Assembly (NCBI GenBank): GCA_028823955.1
Contig: JAPPFE010000032.1
Location: 48,892 to 112,891, forward strand
Direction of reading: 5' to 3'
DNA from: Candidatus Dadabacteria bacterium
GTDB taxonomy: Bacteria; Desulfobacterota_D; UBA1144; Nemesobacterales; Nemesobacteraceae
Length of the DNA: 64,000 bases
Shown: piece after piece, positions 26,907 through 36,786 of the stretch
How positions within the stretch are numbered: position 1 is the first letter of the stretch
Layout: each line of letters starts with the position of its first letter
The notes under the pieces: model-generated
Databases searched by the model: none
Told to the model about the DNA's origin: nothing
Seen by the model: the letters and a program-made list of their open reading frames with translations, nothing else
Translations under genes and position numbers: made by a program

Positions 26907-28104
26907 TTACTTCTTTGACCGGTCTCTCCACCAAAACGCAATACAGATTGAGAACACTACCAAAAACAGATTGAAAACGGCACTCCAAGGCTTGCTGTTC
27001 GCCCCCGCAATGGCGCATCCGTCATCATCTTCATCTTCGGCCGGAGGGTAAATGCCGGAACCAAAAATCCAAACACCAAATCTTGGATCAATTTGCGCTC
27101 CCTCAACATAACTGACCTTGGGCGACGTGCCGGGAGACATCCCAGGTTCATTAACATCGTCTTCGGTTATAAGCGGATTGTCCCATTTATACCGGACAAT
27201 GTCTCCTTTCCCATCTTCTCCAGCCGCTTCAATGATTGTCCCCCCGACATCAACTCCATCTTCGTCAAGAATATCCACAAAAGGACTGCCGGTGAACTCC
27301 GGATTGTTCCCGTTAAGAAACACTACAGGCGGGGTGCGGTCAGTGCCTGTAGTCATAATAAAGAGATATATGGAATCGTGCTTCCAAGGCCCTTCTTTGC
27401 CGAGACGCTGAACTCTGCTGATATTCCCTTGCAATCCAGCAGCACCCTCTCCCAGAGTTCCTCTGATCCGCATAATTGCCCCCTTTACAAAATTCTCGAG
27501 GTCTTCTTCACTCTGACTCTCACTCACTTGCTGGGCAGTTACAGCAGGTTTATGATCAGGACAGTCAAAATGGCTTATATTCATATCCGGCTCGTGATCA
27601 AAACCGCCGATTAAAACATTCTTCCCCCCGAGCGCGTTGGTATATACAACGGCACAACTCCACCTCATAGATTCACCCATATCATATTCCTCACAGACCG
27701 GTCCCCCCTGAGCGTCTTGTCGTAGACGCATGAGAAGAGTACTTACAGTCGGAATATCAGCCAGTGAAGCCCCAAACAAGGATTTGGTATACTTGCCATG
27801 GTTTACCACGGTACCATCAAGACGCAAGGCAATCAGGTAGACGGAACCTTGTTTCCAAATTCCTTCCGCTCTCATGTCCCTGTAGAGAGTCGAAAGTGCG
27901 CTTCGGTTTTTTGCAACAATCAGCATCTATATGTTGTTTCGCATGTAGCACGAAACTTTTCGTTGTATCTCGGTTGCTGACCTGCTCGGCCGTCGTTTGA
28001 GGATTGTCATGGGACCCATCGGCAAAAGCGGAAATGCCCGGGAAAAAAGTCATCATAGCAAACATCACGCCTAACGTGATTACAAAACCTCGAAAACCCT
28101 TCAT
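26907..28104 (-). pseudogene. secreted tandem Cache-like-repeat protein with a C-terminal sorting-signal-like tail, split by a frameshift at an A6 run
   Basis: ORF 27817-28104 has AGGAGGGG, ATG and signal peptide ...ISAFA/DG. ORF 26907-27926 continues in the +1 frame. Both halves of the repeat (TAEQVSN... and TAQQVSES...) span the break. The frames meet at AAAAAA (27907-27912). The tail is DDDGCAIAG, then a TM helix, then RDRSKK. Confidence 0.6.
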
Positions 28105-28365
28105 AATATCCCCTCCTGAATTACAATTCTGAAATAGGTTGCACCTTTATGAAAGCAATTGAGGCTGTAAAAGAATAATCTGGAATCTCTTTGGACAAGT
28201 CCAGCGAAACCAGTTCTCGCATTCCCCCACTGCCTTCTTGGGTCTGGAAGCTTCGCCGGATAATGCGAAACCCCGGAATATCTTCACAGTCTCATATAAC
28301 TTACTCTCTATACCCCATTTTTACATATAGTTACGATAAAGTAAATTTAAACTCCTGAGGTTCCC

Positions 28366-29103
28366 ATGTCGGAAAACATAATCGAAATGACGGATGTGTG
28401 TAAGTCCTTTGACGGAAAGATTGTTCACAGGGGAATAAATCTTTCCGTAAGAAGCGGAGAGATAATTACCGTCTTGGGGGAGAGCGGAGTCGGGAAAAGC
28501 GTTTTGCTAAAGGAGATAAACGGTCTCGTTAAACCCGACAGCGGAAAGGTCGTGGTTCTGGGAGAGGATACGGTGCAGATGGACGAGAAGCAACTTGTCA
28601 AAATAAGAAAGGAGACGGGCATGCTATTTCAGGGCTCCGCCCTTTTTGACTCGCTTACCGTAGAGGAGAATATAGCTTATCCTCTGATTGAAAATTCGGA
28701 TCTTTCCCCCGAGGAGATAAAAAAAGCAGTTGCCCGAAACCTTGAACTGGTCGATCTTCCGGGAATCGAAGACAAGTACCCCGGGGAACTGAGCGGAGGG
28801 ATGAAAAAAAGGGTGGCTCTTGCAAGAGCGATCGCCACCCGCCCGAAGATTCTTCTCTACGACGAGCCCACGACCGGTCTTGATCCTCCCAATATAAAAA
28901 GGATCGCCAAACTGATAAAGAACATGAGAGACCGGCTCAGAATAACCGGGGTCGTAATTACCCACGACATAGGCACCGCCTACGAGGTTTCTGACAGGAT
29001 AGCGTTTCTTTACGAGGGAGAAATTGTGTTCACGGGAACTGTGCCCGAGGCCCGCGAGAGCAACATTTCCACATTCAGGAATTTTCTCGATAGCAAGATG
29101 TAG
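28366..29103 (+). CDS. ABC transporter ATP-binding protein (MlaF-like)
   Basis: Walker A GESGVGKS, signature LSGGMKKRV, Walker B ILLYDEPT. 245 aa, with overall MlaF-like layout. Monocistronic. Confidence 0.8.
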   Translation: MSENIIEMTDVCKSFDGKIVHRGINLSVRSGEIITVLGESGVGKSVLLKEINGLVKPDSGKVVVLGEDTVQMDEKQLVKIRKETGMLFQGSALFDSLTVEENIAYPLIENSDLSPEEIKKAVARNLELVDLPGIEDKYPGELSGGMKKRVALARAIATRPKILLYDEPTTGLDPPNIKRIAKLIKNMRDRLRITGVVITHDIGTAYEVSDRIAFLYEGEIVFTGTVPEARESNISTFRNFLDSKM

Positions 29104-29182
29104 AGGCATTAAAACCGGATTCGATCGGAGTAACTGCACCAACTCTTGAGTTCCAAGAGCGGAAAGGAGCTTTTCCAAAGAA

Positions 29183-29671
29183 TTATGGTTTCGGTGGATC
29201 CGGGCTTAGGCACGCTGAAGCCATGGCTGCTATACCTTCTTTTCTTCCTGTAAAACCCAAGCCTTCGGCTGAAGTTCCCTTTACGTTTACGGCGTCGCTC
29301 GAAATTCCCAGGGCATCGGCGATTTTCTCCTCCATAGAGGATGAGTGAGGAGAAATTCTTGGCTCCTCGCACACCACCGTGCAATCAATATTTTCTATGC
29401 GGTAGCCCTTGCCTGCCATCATCCGGGCGACTCGGGAGAGAATTGAGAGGCTTGAAGCATCCTTGTATTTTGGGTCGTTCGGCGGAAAGTGTTTTCCTAG
29501 GTCTCCCTCGCCGATAGCTCCCAAAATAGCGTCAGCAACCGCGTGGGAAAGCACGTCAGCGTCGGAATGACCGGCAAGCCCCCGGCAGCCCTGAATCTCA
29601 ACGCCGCCCAGTATGAGCGCTCTTTCCTCGCAAAACGCGTGCGCGTCAAACCCCGTTCCTATTCTGTACAT
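29183..29671 (-). CDS. ispF: 2-C-methyl-D-erythritol 2,4-cyclodiphosphate synthase
   Basis: MYRIGTGFDAHAF...GHSDADVLSHAVADAILGA is the canonical IspF sequence. Confidence 0.95.
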   Translation of the reverse strand: MYRIGTGFDAHAFCEERALILGGVEIQGCRGLAGHSDADVLSHAVADAILGAIGEGDLGKHFPPNDPKYKDASSLSILSRVARMMAGKGYRIENIDCTVVCEEPRISPHSSSMEEKIADALGISSDAVNVKGTSAEGLGFTGRKEGIAAMASACLSPDPPKP

Positions 29672-30374
29672 TGACCACTTCTCCTTTGCTTACGATAAGC
29701 TGAGCTATTTTGAAATCGGCTGCGGTTGTGATTTTTATGTTAAGGTCGTCTCCCGCTGCCACGCTTACCTTTATTCCCTTCGCTTCGGCAAGCGCCGATT
29801 CGTCGGTCGCGTCAAGATCTGCGATGCCGTCTGAGCAATAGATTTCCGCGAGTATCTCCCGGCGAAAAGCCTGCGGAGTCTGGGCTCTCCAGAGTTTCTC
29901 CCTTGGAACCGTTTCCGAAATAAACGGTCCGGGCTCATGCGCCCGCTTCAACGTGTCCGTAACGGGAACGGCGCATATGCAAGCGCCTGTGCGGGCGCAC
30001 CCCTCTATGACTCTTTTGATCGTGTCGTTATCAACGAAAGGTCTCGCAGCGTCGTGAATTAGCACCATGTCACTGTCCGGGGGTGTGGCGCGAAAACCGT
30101 TTCTTACGGATACATGTCTTTTTTCGCCCCCGGCGACTACCGAGGTGATTTTTTCAAACCCGAAGCTCTCGAGCAGTTCCCTTGAGCGCGAAATTTCGTC
30201 CTCGGGCACTACGACCACTACGCTTGTTATGAGTCCGCTCGACTCGAAAGTCGAAAGGCAGTAGGTAAGAAGAGGTTTTCCGCCGAGTGCGGCGAACTGT
30301 TTTTTCCCATGAGTGGAGAATCTTTTAGAAAGACCGGCGGCCGCCACTACGGCTGAGACTTTTGGGGTACTCAC
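29646..30374 (-). CDS. ispD: 2-C-methyl-D-erythritol 4-phosphate cytidylyltransferase
   Basis: VVAAAGLSKRF...KQF and VLIHDAARPF. Overlaps ispF by 26 nt. Confidence 0.9.
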   Translation of the reverse strand: MSTPKVSAVVAAAGLSKRFSTHGKKQFAALGGKPLLTYCLSTFESSGLITSVVVVVPEDEISRSRELLESFGFEKITSVVAGGEKRHVSVRNGFRATPPDSDMVLIHDAARPFVDNDTIKRVIEGCARTGACICAVPVTDTLKRAHEPGPFISETVPREKLWRAQTPQAFRREILAEIYCSDGIADLDATDESALAEAKGIKVSVAAGDDLNIKITTAADFKIAQLIVSKGEVVNVQNRNGV

Positions 30375-30378
30375 GGGG

Positions 30379-31365
30379 TCAGCCCTCTTTTTTCAGTTTT
30401 GCGAAAACTATCCTTCCGGTCGGTGTCTGAACCATGCTTCTCACTGAAACGTCCACGTCTTTTCCTATCTGTCTTGAGGCGTTGTCCGTTACCACCATTG
30501 TTCCGTCGTCGAGATAGCCGACCGCCTGATGCTGTTCCTTTCCGGGTTTTACGAGGCTTATTCTTATTGTCTGCCCCTGTTCCACAACGGGTCTCAGAGC
30601 GTGGTTCAGGTTGTTTATGTTAAGCACGGTGATTTTCTCGAGGTCGGCGATCTTCTTTAGGTTGTAGTCGTTGGTGACCAGTATTCCGTTCAATTTCTTC
30701 GAGAGCTCAATGAGTTTTATGTCCGCGTCTTTTATGTGTTCGAAATCATGATCGGTGATGCTGACGCTGATCGAGGGGATGTCATTTTGCATCCTGTTTA
30801 TGATGTCAAGCCCCCTTCTGCCGCGAGTTTTTCTTGCGGGGTCCGAGGAATCCGCTATGTACTGAAGTTCCTGGATGATGAATTTGGGTATTATTAGTTC
30901 TCCTTGGAGAAATCCCGTTTCGGCGATGTCGGCGATGCGCCCGTCTATTATGACGCTCGTGTCAAGTATTTTCGGGGCAAGCGCCTCCGGCTGCCTGAAA
31001 AACGAGTCGGATGCTGCCGTGGCAAGGGATGTTTTGTCAAAACCTATTACCGCGCCTACGCAAACGAGAAGCAAGAAGATTCCCGCTTTTACATGGGGAA
31101 GCAGGGGCCCGGCTAGCGGAAAGCTGTTAAGGATAGTGAGCAGCGCGAGGTATATGAAAATGGCTGTGAGCATTCCGACTGACATTCCGAGTGCCTGGCG
31201 AAGCGAGATTTTCCTGAAAAGCATCCGGAAACCTACAAGAACCACAAAAGCGAATATCCCGCAGCCGACGGCAGTGAGAACCGAGCGGGAAAGTGAAAAG
31301 TAGTCGGGACCGAGGGCAAACGCAGCAAGTGCAAACGCTATGGAAAGTGTAATAGAGAGTCTCAT
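30379..31365 (-). CDS. membrane-anchored PIN plus TRAM domain protein (YacL-like)
   Basis: N-terminal TM helices, then LDTSVIIDGRIADIAETGFLQGELIIPKFIIQELQYIADS (PIN) and a C-terminal TRAM-like beta domain. The yacL-ispD-ispF order is a common conserved arrangement. Confidence 0.75.
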   Translation of the reverse strand: MRLSITLSIAFALAAFALGPDYFSLSRSVLTAVGCGIFAFVVLVGFRMLFRKISLRQALGMSVGMLTAIFIYLALLTILNSFPLAGPLLPHVKAGIFLLLVCVGAVIGFDKTSLATAASDSFFRQPEALAPKILDTSVIIDGRIADIAETGFLQGELIIPKFIIQELQYIADSSDPARKTRGRRGLDIINRMQNDIPSISVSITDHDFEHIKDADIKLIELSKKLNGILVTNDYNLKKIADLEKITVLNINNLNHALRPVVEQGQTIRISLVKPGKEQHQAVGYLDDGTMVVTDNASRQIGKDVDVSVRSMVQTPTGRIVFAKLKKEG

Positions 31366-31563
31366 TAATAATCCGGCCCTTCCGAGGGAACAACTATAGA
31401 ATATATGAAGGCTTGAGTTTTAACAAGTTCTCCGTTTCGGGTTCGGGGAGACGGTCGGCGGTTTTTCACCGATTTCTACTGGTCAGTTATAATTACTGTA
31501 TTCCGGGCGAAATGCACCGGTTTTTTGATTTTCCACACAGCCGGGTTTTCGCATGGACGAAAC

Positions 31564-32382
31564 ATGATGAAATTCTGCACTCTTGCCAGCGGCAGTTCTG
31601 GCAACTCGCTTTATCTTGAGTCGAAATACTCGAAAATACTGATTGACGCGGGGATTAGCTTCCGAAGGATCTCGCGGAGTCTCGGGGATATGGGTATAGC
31701 CGTGACCGATCTTGACGCTGTGGTGCTTTCGCACGAGCACGAGGACCACTCAAGAGCTGTCGGGAAAATGTCCGCAGTGCCTGTTTACGTGTCGGGTGAA
31801 ACCGTTGGTTTCTGGGAAGGAAAAAGAAACGGACGCAATAACGGAAACGGTGCCAAGGCTTCACGTTTGCCCAATGGCGGGATAGAGGAACTGAGGGAAT
31901 TTGACTCAGAAGAACCGTTTCGTATTAACGATCTTACCCTTACTCCCTTCTCGGTGGCGCACGACGCCATCGACCCGGTCGGTTTCACCGTAACCGATGG
32001 CCGCGTCAAAGTAGGCATAGTTACCGACATAGGGAAACCCACGGCGCTTGTGAGGGAGAGCCTTAAAAACTGCGACGCCCTCGTTCTCGAATCGAATCAT
32101 GACAGGGAAATGCTTTTCTCGGGTTCCTACCCGCCGTACCTCAAGCAGAGAATAAGCGGAGGGCACGGGCACCTGTCGAATGATCAGTCAGCATCTCTTC
32201 TGGGCGATGTTCTGCACGACGGGTTAAAATACGTTCTGCTGGCGCACCTAAGCGCGAGTAACAACACTCCCGAGATGGCGCTTGGATGCTCGCTTGAAAT
32301 TCTGCGCCGAAGAGGCGCTGAAGGCCGTGTCGCTTTGGCCGTGGCTCCGCGGAGCGCGGCCGGGGAGGTTATAACGATTTGA
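31564..32382 (+). CDS. MBL-fold metallo-hydrolase (YycJ-like)
   Basis: MMKFCTLASGSSGNSLYLES...VVLSHEHEDHSRAV (HxHxDH). Start moved to ATG 31564. Confidence 0.8.
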   Translation: MMKFCTLASGSSGNSLYLESKYSKILIDAGISFRRISRSLGDMGIAVTDLDAVVLSHEHEDHSRAVGKMSAVPVYVSGETVGFWEGKRNGRNNGNGAKASRLPNGGIEELREFDSEEPFRINDLTLTPFSVAHDAIDPVGFTVTDGRVKVGIVTDIGKPTALVRESLKNCDALVLESNHDREMLFSGSYPPYLKQRISGGHGHLSNDQSASLLGDVLHDGLKYVLLAHLSASNNTPEMALGCSLEILRRRGAEGRVALAVAPRSAAGEVITI

Positions 32383-33677
32383 TCTCAAGGTACTCCAGAG
32401 AGGAAATGTCGCAGATATGGTCGGATGAGAACCGCTACCGCATCTGGCTCGAGGTTGAGCTCGCCGTGTGCGAAGCGTGGGCGCACTACGGGGAGATTCC
32501 TGACGACTCTTTATCCAGCATAAAGGAAAAAGCCGCCTTTGACGTAGAAAGAATTGCCGAGCTTGAAAGGGGGCTTAAGCACGACGTTCTGGCTTTTCTC
32601 ACCTGCGTTTCCGAGTACGTCGGAGATGATTCGAGGTTCATTCACCTCGGAATGACTTCTTCAGATGTTCTTGACACCGCTTTTTCTATACAGCTTCGCA
32701 ATGCGGGAGGACTGATAGTCGGGGGTCTTGAGAAGCTGCTCGAGATTCTCCGCAAAAAGGCGTTTGACTACAAGGATACTCCGATGATCGGGCGCTCCCA
32801 CGGCATACACGCCGAACCCAGAACTCTGGGCTTGGTGTTTGCCCTGTGGTATGACGAGATGAGAAGGAACCTTGAGAGAATGAATTCAGCGCGGGACGCC
32901 GTGAGCGTGGGGATGATGTCGGGCGCCGTCGGCACCTACGCCAACATAACTCCGGAGGTTGAGCGTTACGCGTGCGAGCTGCTTGGGCTCCGTCCTGCGG
33001 GGATATCGACGCAGGTGATACAAAGAGACATTTACGCGCAGTATTTTCTCTGCCTTTCTCTCATAGCGGCTTCGGTGGAGAAAATTGCTACCGAGATAAG
33101 ACATTACCAGAGAACCGAGGTAGGAGAGATGGAAGAACCTTTTACCGAGGGGCAGAAGGGATCTTCCGCAATGCCGCACAAGAGAAATCCTGTGCTTTCG
33201 GAAAACCTCTGCGGACTCTCAAGGATAGTAAGGTCCCACTCTGCCGCGGCTCTTGAAAACATAGCCCTCTGGCACGAAAGGGACATAAGTCACTCCTCCG
33301 TCGAGAGGGTCATAGGTCCCGACGGAACAATACTTGTTGATTTCATGCTTGAGAGGCTCTGCGGCCTGATCGAGGGCCTGCGGATCTATCCCGATAAGCT
33401 CGAGAGCAACATCTGGATTACCCGGGGACTTGTTTTTTCCCAGAAGGTTCTCCTTAAGCTTGTAAAAGAGGGCCTTTCAAGGGAGGAGGCCTACTTACTT
33501 GTGCAGCGAAACGCCATGAAGTGCTGGGAGGGAAAAAAGGATTTCCGGGATCTGCTGAAAACCGACTTGCAGATAACGGGTATCCTTTCGGATGAAGAGA
33601 TCGATTCGTGTTTTGAACTTGAAGAAGACCTAAAAAACATAGACCATATCTTCGCCACCGTTTTCGGCGAATCATAA
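32379..33677 (+). CDS. purB: adenylosuccinate lyase
   Basis: TTG start inside a TTGA overlap with the previous stop. RYSREEMSQIWSDENRYRIWLEVE and GSSAMPHKRNP (lyase signature). Confidence 0.95.
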   Translation: MISRYSREEMSQIWSDENRYRIWLEVELAVCEAWAHYGEIPDDSLSSIKEKAAFDVERIAELERGLKHDVLAFLTCVSEYVGDDSRFIHLGMTSSDVLDTAFSIQLRNAGGLIVGGLEKLLEILRKKAFDYKDTPMIGRSHGIHAEPRTLGLVFALWYDEMRRNLERMNSARDAVSVGMMSGAVGTYANITPEVERYACELLGLRPAGISTQVIQRDIYAQYFLCLSLIAASVEKIATEIRHYQRTEVGEMEEPFTEGQKGSSAMPHKRNPVLSENLCGLSRIVRSHSAAALENIALWHERDISHSSVERVIGPDGTILVDFMLERLCGLIEGLRIYPDKLESNIWITRGLVFSQKVLLKLVKEGLSREEAYLLVQRNAMKCWEGKKDFRDLLKTDLQITGILSDEEIDSCFELEEDLKNIDHIFATVFGES

Positions 33678-33698
33678 CTGGCAAGGAGCTTCCACAAT

Positions 33699-34742
33699 AT
33701 GAGAAAAGAAGTATTCTCCCGAAAGGCGAGAGAATCTGTTTTTGCGACGGCTGTTTTAGCGATCCTGGCAGCGGTTTTTCTTTCCCCCACGAGTCTATTC
33801 GCGCTCGATAACATTGACTCTGGGAAACTTGAGTACCACTTCAAGAACCGCTATGGGGTTTATCTTCCAGCTGGCTTTACGGTAAAGGCGGTTAAGGGGG
33901 AAGATTCTGAGATGAAGGGATTCAAGAAGGGCAAATACGAAGTCGGATTTCCTGACGGCAAAAACCGGAGCTTCCCGTTTCTTGTAAGTCGTGACGGGAA
34001 TTTTTTGATAATGGGCAACGTGCCCATCGTAAGGGTGAATGAGATGAAGGAGACGGGTGTTCCGGGAGTCAGGCAAGGGTTTATTGCCTCGGAAGGCGGA
34101 CAGGTTCCCATTCTGGTTTCAGGAGACCGCAAAACAATAATGGTCGGCAGGCTTGAAAATCTTGACAAAGACCCAGCAGCCGAGGCAGCCCAGAAGATCT
34201 CTCTTGAGAATGTTCCTTCAAAAGGAAATCTCGATGCCCCGATAACCGTGGTTGAGTACTCGGATTTTCAATGTGGCTACTGTGCCAGGGCAGCAAACGA
34301 GGTCGCAGACTTTCTCAAGGACTACCAGGGCAAAGTCAGATTGTTTTACAAGCAGTTCCCGCTTTCGTTTCACAAGTGGGCCGAGGATGCCTCAATCGCC
34401 TCTCTTTGCGTGTACGACCAGGCAAACGACAAATTCTGGGAGCTCCATGACACCATTTTCGAAAAGCAGGGTGAAATAAAGGTTGCCGACGCCAAAGAGA
34501 CCTTTGCGGAGATGGCGCGCAAACTCGGTGTCGACATGAAAAAATACAATCAGTGCGTTGAATCCGAGGAAACCAAGCGAAGGGTCGCTTCGGAAATGGA
34601 TGAGGGCAAATCGATCGGGGTAAGCGGCACTCCGACATTCGTGGTTGACGGCTTCGTGATTTCGGGAGGGGCCAACATGAAAGCGATTAGAAACGCCGTG
34701 GATTATCGACTTTCCCTGAAGTCTGAAAGTTCCGGGATGTAG
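33699..34742 (+). CDS. DsbA-family thiol:disulfide oxidoreductase with an N-terminal extra domain
   Basis: Signal/TM segment. VVEYSDFQCGYCARA has a CxxC in thioredoxin-fold context. GVSGTPTFVV. Confidence 0.8.
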   Translation: MRKEVFSRKARESVFATAVLAILAAVFLSPTSLFALDNIDSGKLEYHFKNRYGVYLPAGFTVKAVKGEDSEMKGFKKGKYEVGFPDGKNRSFPFLVSRDGNFLIMGNVPIVRVNEMKETGVPGVRQGFIASEGGQVPILVSGDRKTIMVGRLENLDKDPAAEAAQKISLENVPSKGNLDAPITVVEYSDFQCGYCARAANEVADFLKDYQGKVRLFYKQFPLSFHKWAEDASIASLCVYDQANDKFWELHDTIFEKQGEIKVADAKETFAEMARKLGVDMKKYNQCVESEETKRRVASEMDEGKSIGVSGTPTFVVDGFVISGGANMKAIRNAVDYRLSLKSESSGM

Positions 34743-34761
34743 CTTCGGCGGGGTTCCCACC

Positions 34762-35553
34762 ATGAAATGTCCTGAGTGCGGCTACACGAGCTTTGATTAT
34801 CTTGAGGAGTGCAAGAAATGCGGGGCCGCCCTGTCTCCCGTACCTATTTTCAAGTATCTCTATGAAGACGAGTTGAGCACGGAGGTGGTTATTGACAGGG
34901 GCGTGCAGCCCGTTGCCGACGATGTTCTAGCCGGGGTCAAGACAGTTGGGGCGACATTTGAACTCAGCCCTGAGAGCGGTCCTCAAGACGAAGGGTTGCC
35001 CGAGGGCGAACTTGAGGATTTTCTTGCCTTTGAAAGAGATGATCTGGGCGAGGAGATCACGGAGCAAGAAGAGCAGCAGGAACAGGAAAAGCAAATAGAA
35101 AAAGAGAGTCCACCGCCCCTGCCCCACGGGATGGTTCCCGCGGCCTTCGGGGAGAGACTTTTCGCATTTTCCGTCGATCTTCTGTTTACTCTTTGCGTTG
35201 CCGCGGCCGCGCTTTTCTCGGGGGCGAATCTCATCGGAGAAACTTTTTTCCCGGGCTTCGGAGAATTTGTTTCCATATGGGGGTGGATATGTCTTTGTGC
35301 TTACGTGCTGGCGACCACGTATTTCATTTTTCTTCCCTCCTGGTGCGGGACGACTCTTGGAAACTCGGTTGCGGGTATCCGCGTGGTGATGCGGGACGGC
35401 TCTGCTGCCGGGTTTCGGACGAATTTGCTCAGGTGGGTCGGCTGGATTTTTTCTGTGGCCACTGTTTTCACGGGTTTTGCGCTTTCGGTGTTTGACCCGC
35501 AACGTAAAACTCTCAGCGACCGTCTCTGCGGAACTTTCGTCGTGAGGGCCTGA
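34762..35553 (+). CDS. RDD-family membrane protein with an N-terminal zinc ribbon
   Basis: MKCPECGYTSFDYLEECKKCGAAL (CxxC-N12-CxxC), an acidic linker, then RLFAFSVDLLF... followed by TM helices (RDD-like). Confidence 0.65.
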   Translation: MKCPECGYTSFDYLEECKKCGAALSPVPIFKYLYEDELSTEVVIDRGVQPVADDVLAGVKTVGATFELSPESGPQDEGLPEGELEDFLAFERDDLGEEITEQEEQQEQEKQIEKESPPPLPHGMVPAAFGERLFAFSVDLLFTLCVAAAALFSGANLIGETFFPGFGEFVSIWGWICLCAYVLATTYFIFLPSWCGTTLGNSVAGIRVVMRDGSAAGFRTNLLRWVGWIFSVATVFTGFALSVFDPQRKTLSDRLCGTFVVRA

Positions 35554-35564
35554 TCTGGCGTACG

Positions 35565-36785
35565 ATGCTTATAGAGCAGCTTGAAAGAAATATCGCTGGC
35601 AAACGCGGGGAGATTTCCCGCTGGATAGAGTTCCATTGCGAAAAGGTGATGGTACCGCTTTACAGCTCCGTTGACCTGCGTTTCTCCGAGCATAAGATTG
35701 CCCCTATAGACACCAATGTTTTTCCCGCGGGCTTTAACAACCTTTCTGCGGGATTTAGGAAAAACGCGGGAAAGCTCTTCAGGGAATATCTTTTTTCCAG
35801 GTACCCGCGCTCCGAAAAAATCCTTTTGGTTCCCGAGCTCAACACCAAAAACGCCTATTACTGGGAAAATGTCTGGGTAATAAAGTCCGTTTTGGAGGAT
35901 GTGGGCTACGAGGTGTGCGTAGGCATTGCGAACGAGGAATTTCGAAGGGAGACTGTCTCGTTCAGTTCGGCAAGCGGAGAGGTAATCGAGGCGAAGCGGG
36001 TTTTTCAGGAAAATGGCTCGGCGATGATAGACGGATTCCTGCCCGATATCGTGATGATAAACAACGATTTTTCGGAGAAGTGTCCGAAAACCCTGCACAA
36101 CTTGCGCCAGCCTGTTTTGCCGCCCGTTGAAATAGGGTGGCACGCGAGAAAAAAGGACGTGCATTTTGAGTTCTATAACCGTCTCTGCGGCGAACTTGCC
36201 GAGATACTGGAGGTGGATCCCTGGGTGATGTCGGTTGAAACCGTCTTGGAAAGCGGGGTGGATTTCGATTTTCCCGAGGACAGGGAGCGGGTTTCCCAAC
36301 AGGCCGGCGAAATTCTTTCAATAGTTAAGGACGAGTATTCGAGAAGAGGCATAGACCACGAGCCCTCGCTTTTCGTCAAAAGCAATTCGGGGACCTACGG
36401 CATGGCAGTTGCGAGCATCACCGACCCGAGGAGCATAGCGGAGATGAACTCGCGCGACAGGAAAAGGATGAGGGTTTCGAAGGGAGGAGTGCCGGTTCGG
36501 GACGTGGTAATACAGGAGGGTGTGCCGACATCGCTTCGCGTCGGGGACGGTCTTGTCGGCGAGCCCGTCGTTTACCTTGTCGAATCCCAGGTGGCGGGGA
36601 TGTTCTACAGGGTTAACCCTCTTCGGGGCGAACTTGAGAACCTTAATTCAAAGGGGATGGAGTTTCTTGCGTGTGATGGCTCCTTCGCAAGCGGGATTCC
36701 TCCGGCATTTGATCTTGTCTCCAAGGTTGCGACTATCGCCGCGGGCTACGAGATAGAAAAAGTCCTTAGGGACGTGGATTGCTGA
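35565..36785 (+). CDS. gshA: glutamate-cysteine ligase, small bacterial GshA type (tentative)
   Basis: VPLYSSVDLRFSEHKIAPIDTNVFPAGFNNL matches my recollection of the GshA (Acidithiobacillus-ferrooxidans-type) family. About 400 aa, as expected. From memory only. Confidence 0.55.
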   Translation: MLIEQLERNIAGKRGEISRWIEFHCEKVMVPLYSSVDLRFSEHKIAPIDTNVFPAGFNNLSAGFRKNAGKLFREYLFSRYPRSEKILLVPELNTKNAYYWENVWVIKSVLEDVGYEVCVGIANEEFRRETVSFSSASGEVIEAKRVFQENGSAMIDGFLPDIVMINNDFSEKCPKTLHNLRQPVLPPVEIGWHARKKDVHFEFYNRLCGELAEILEVDPWVMSVETVLESGVDFDFPEDRERVSQQAGEILSIVKDEYSRRGIDHEPSLFVKSNSGTYGMAVASITDPRSIAEMNSRDRKRMRVSKGGVPVRDVVIQEGVPTSLRVGDGLVGEPVVYLVESQVAGMFYRVNPLRGELENLNSKGMEFLACDGSFASGIPPAFDLVSKVATIAAGYEIEKVLRDVDC

Positions 36786-36786
36786 G

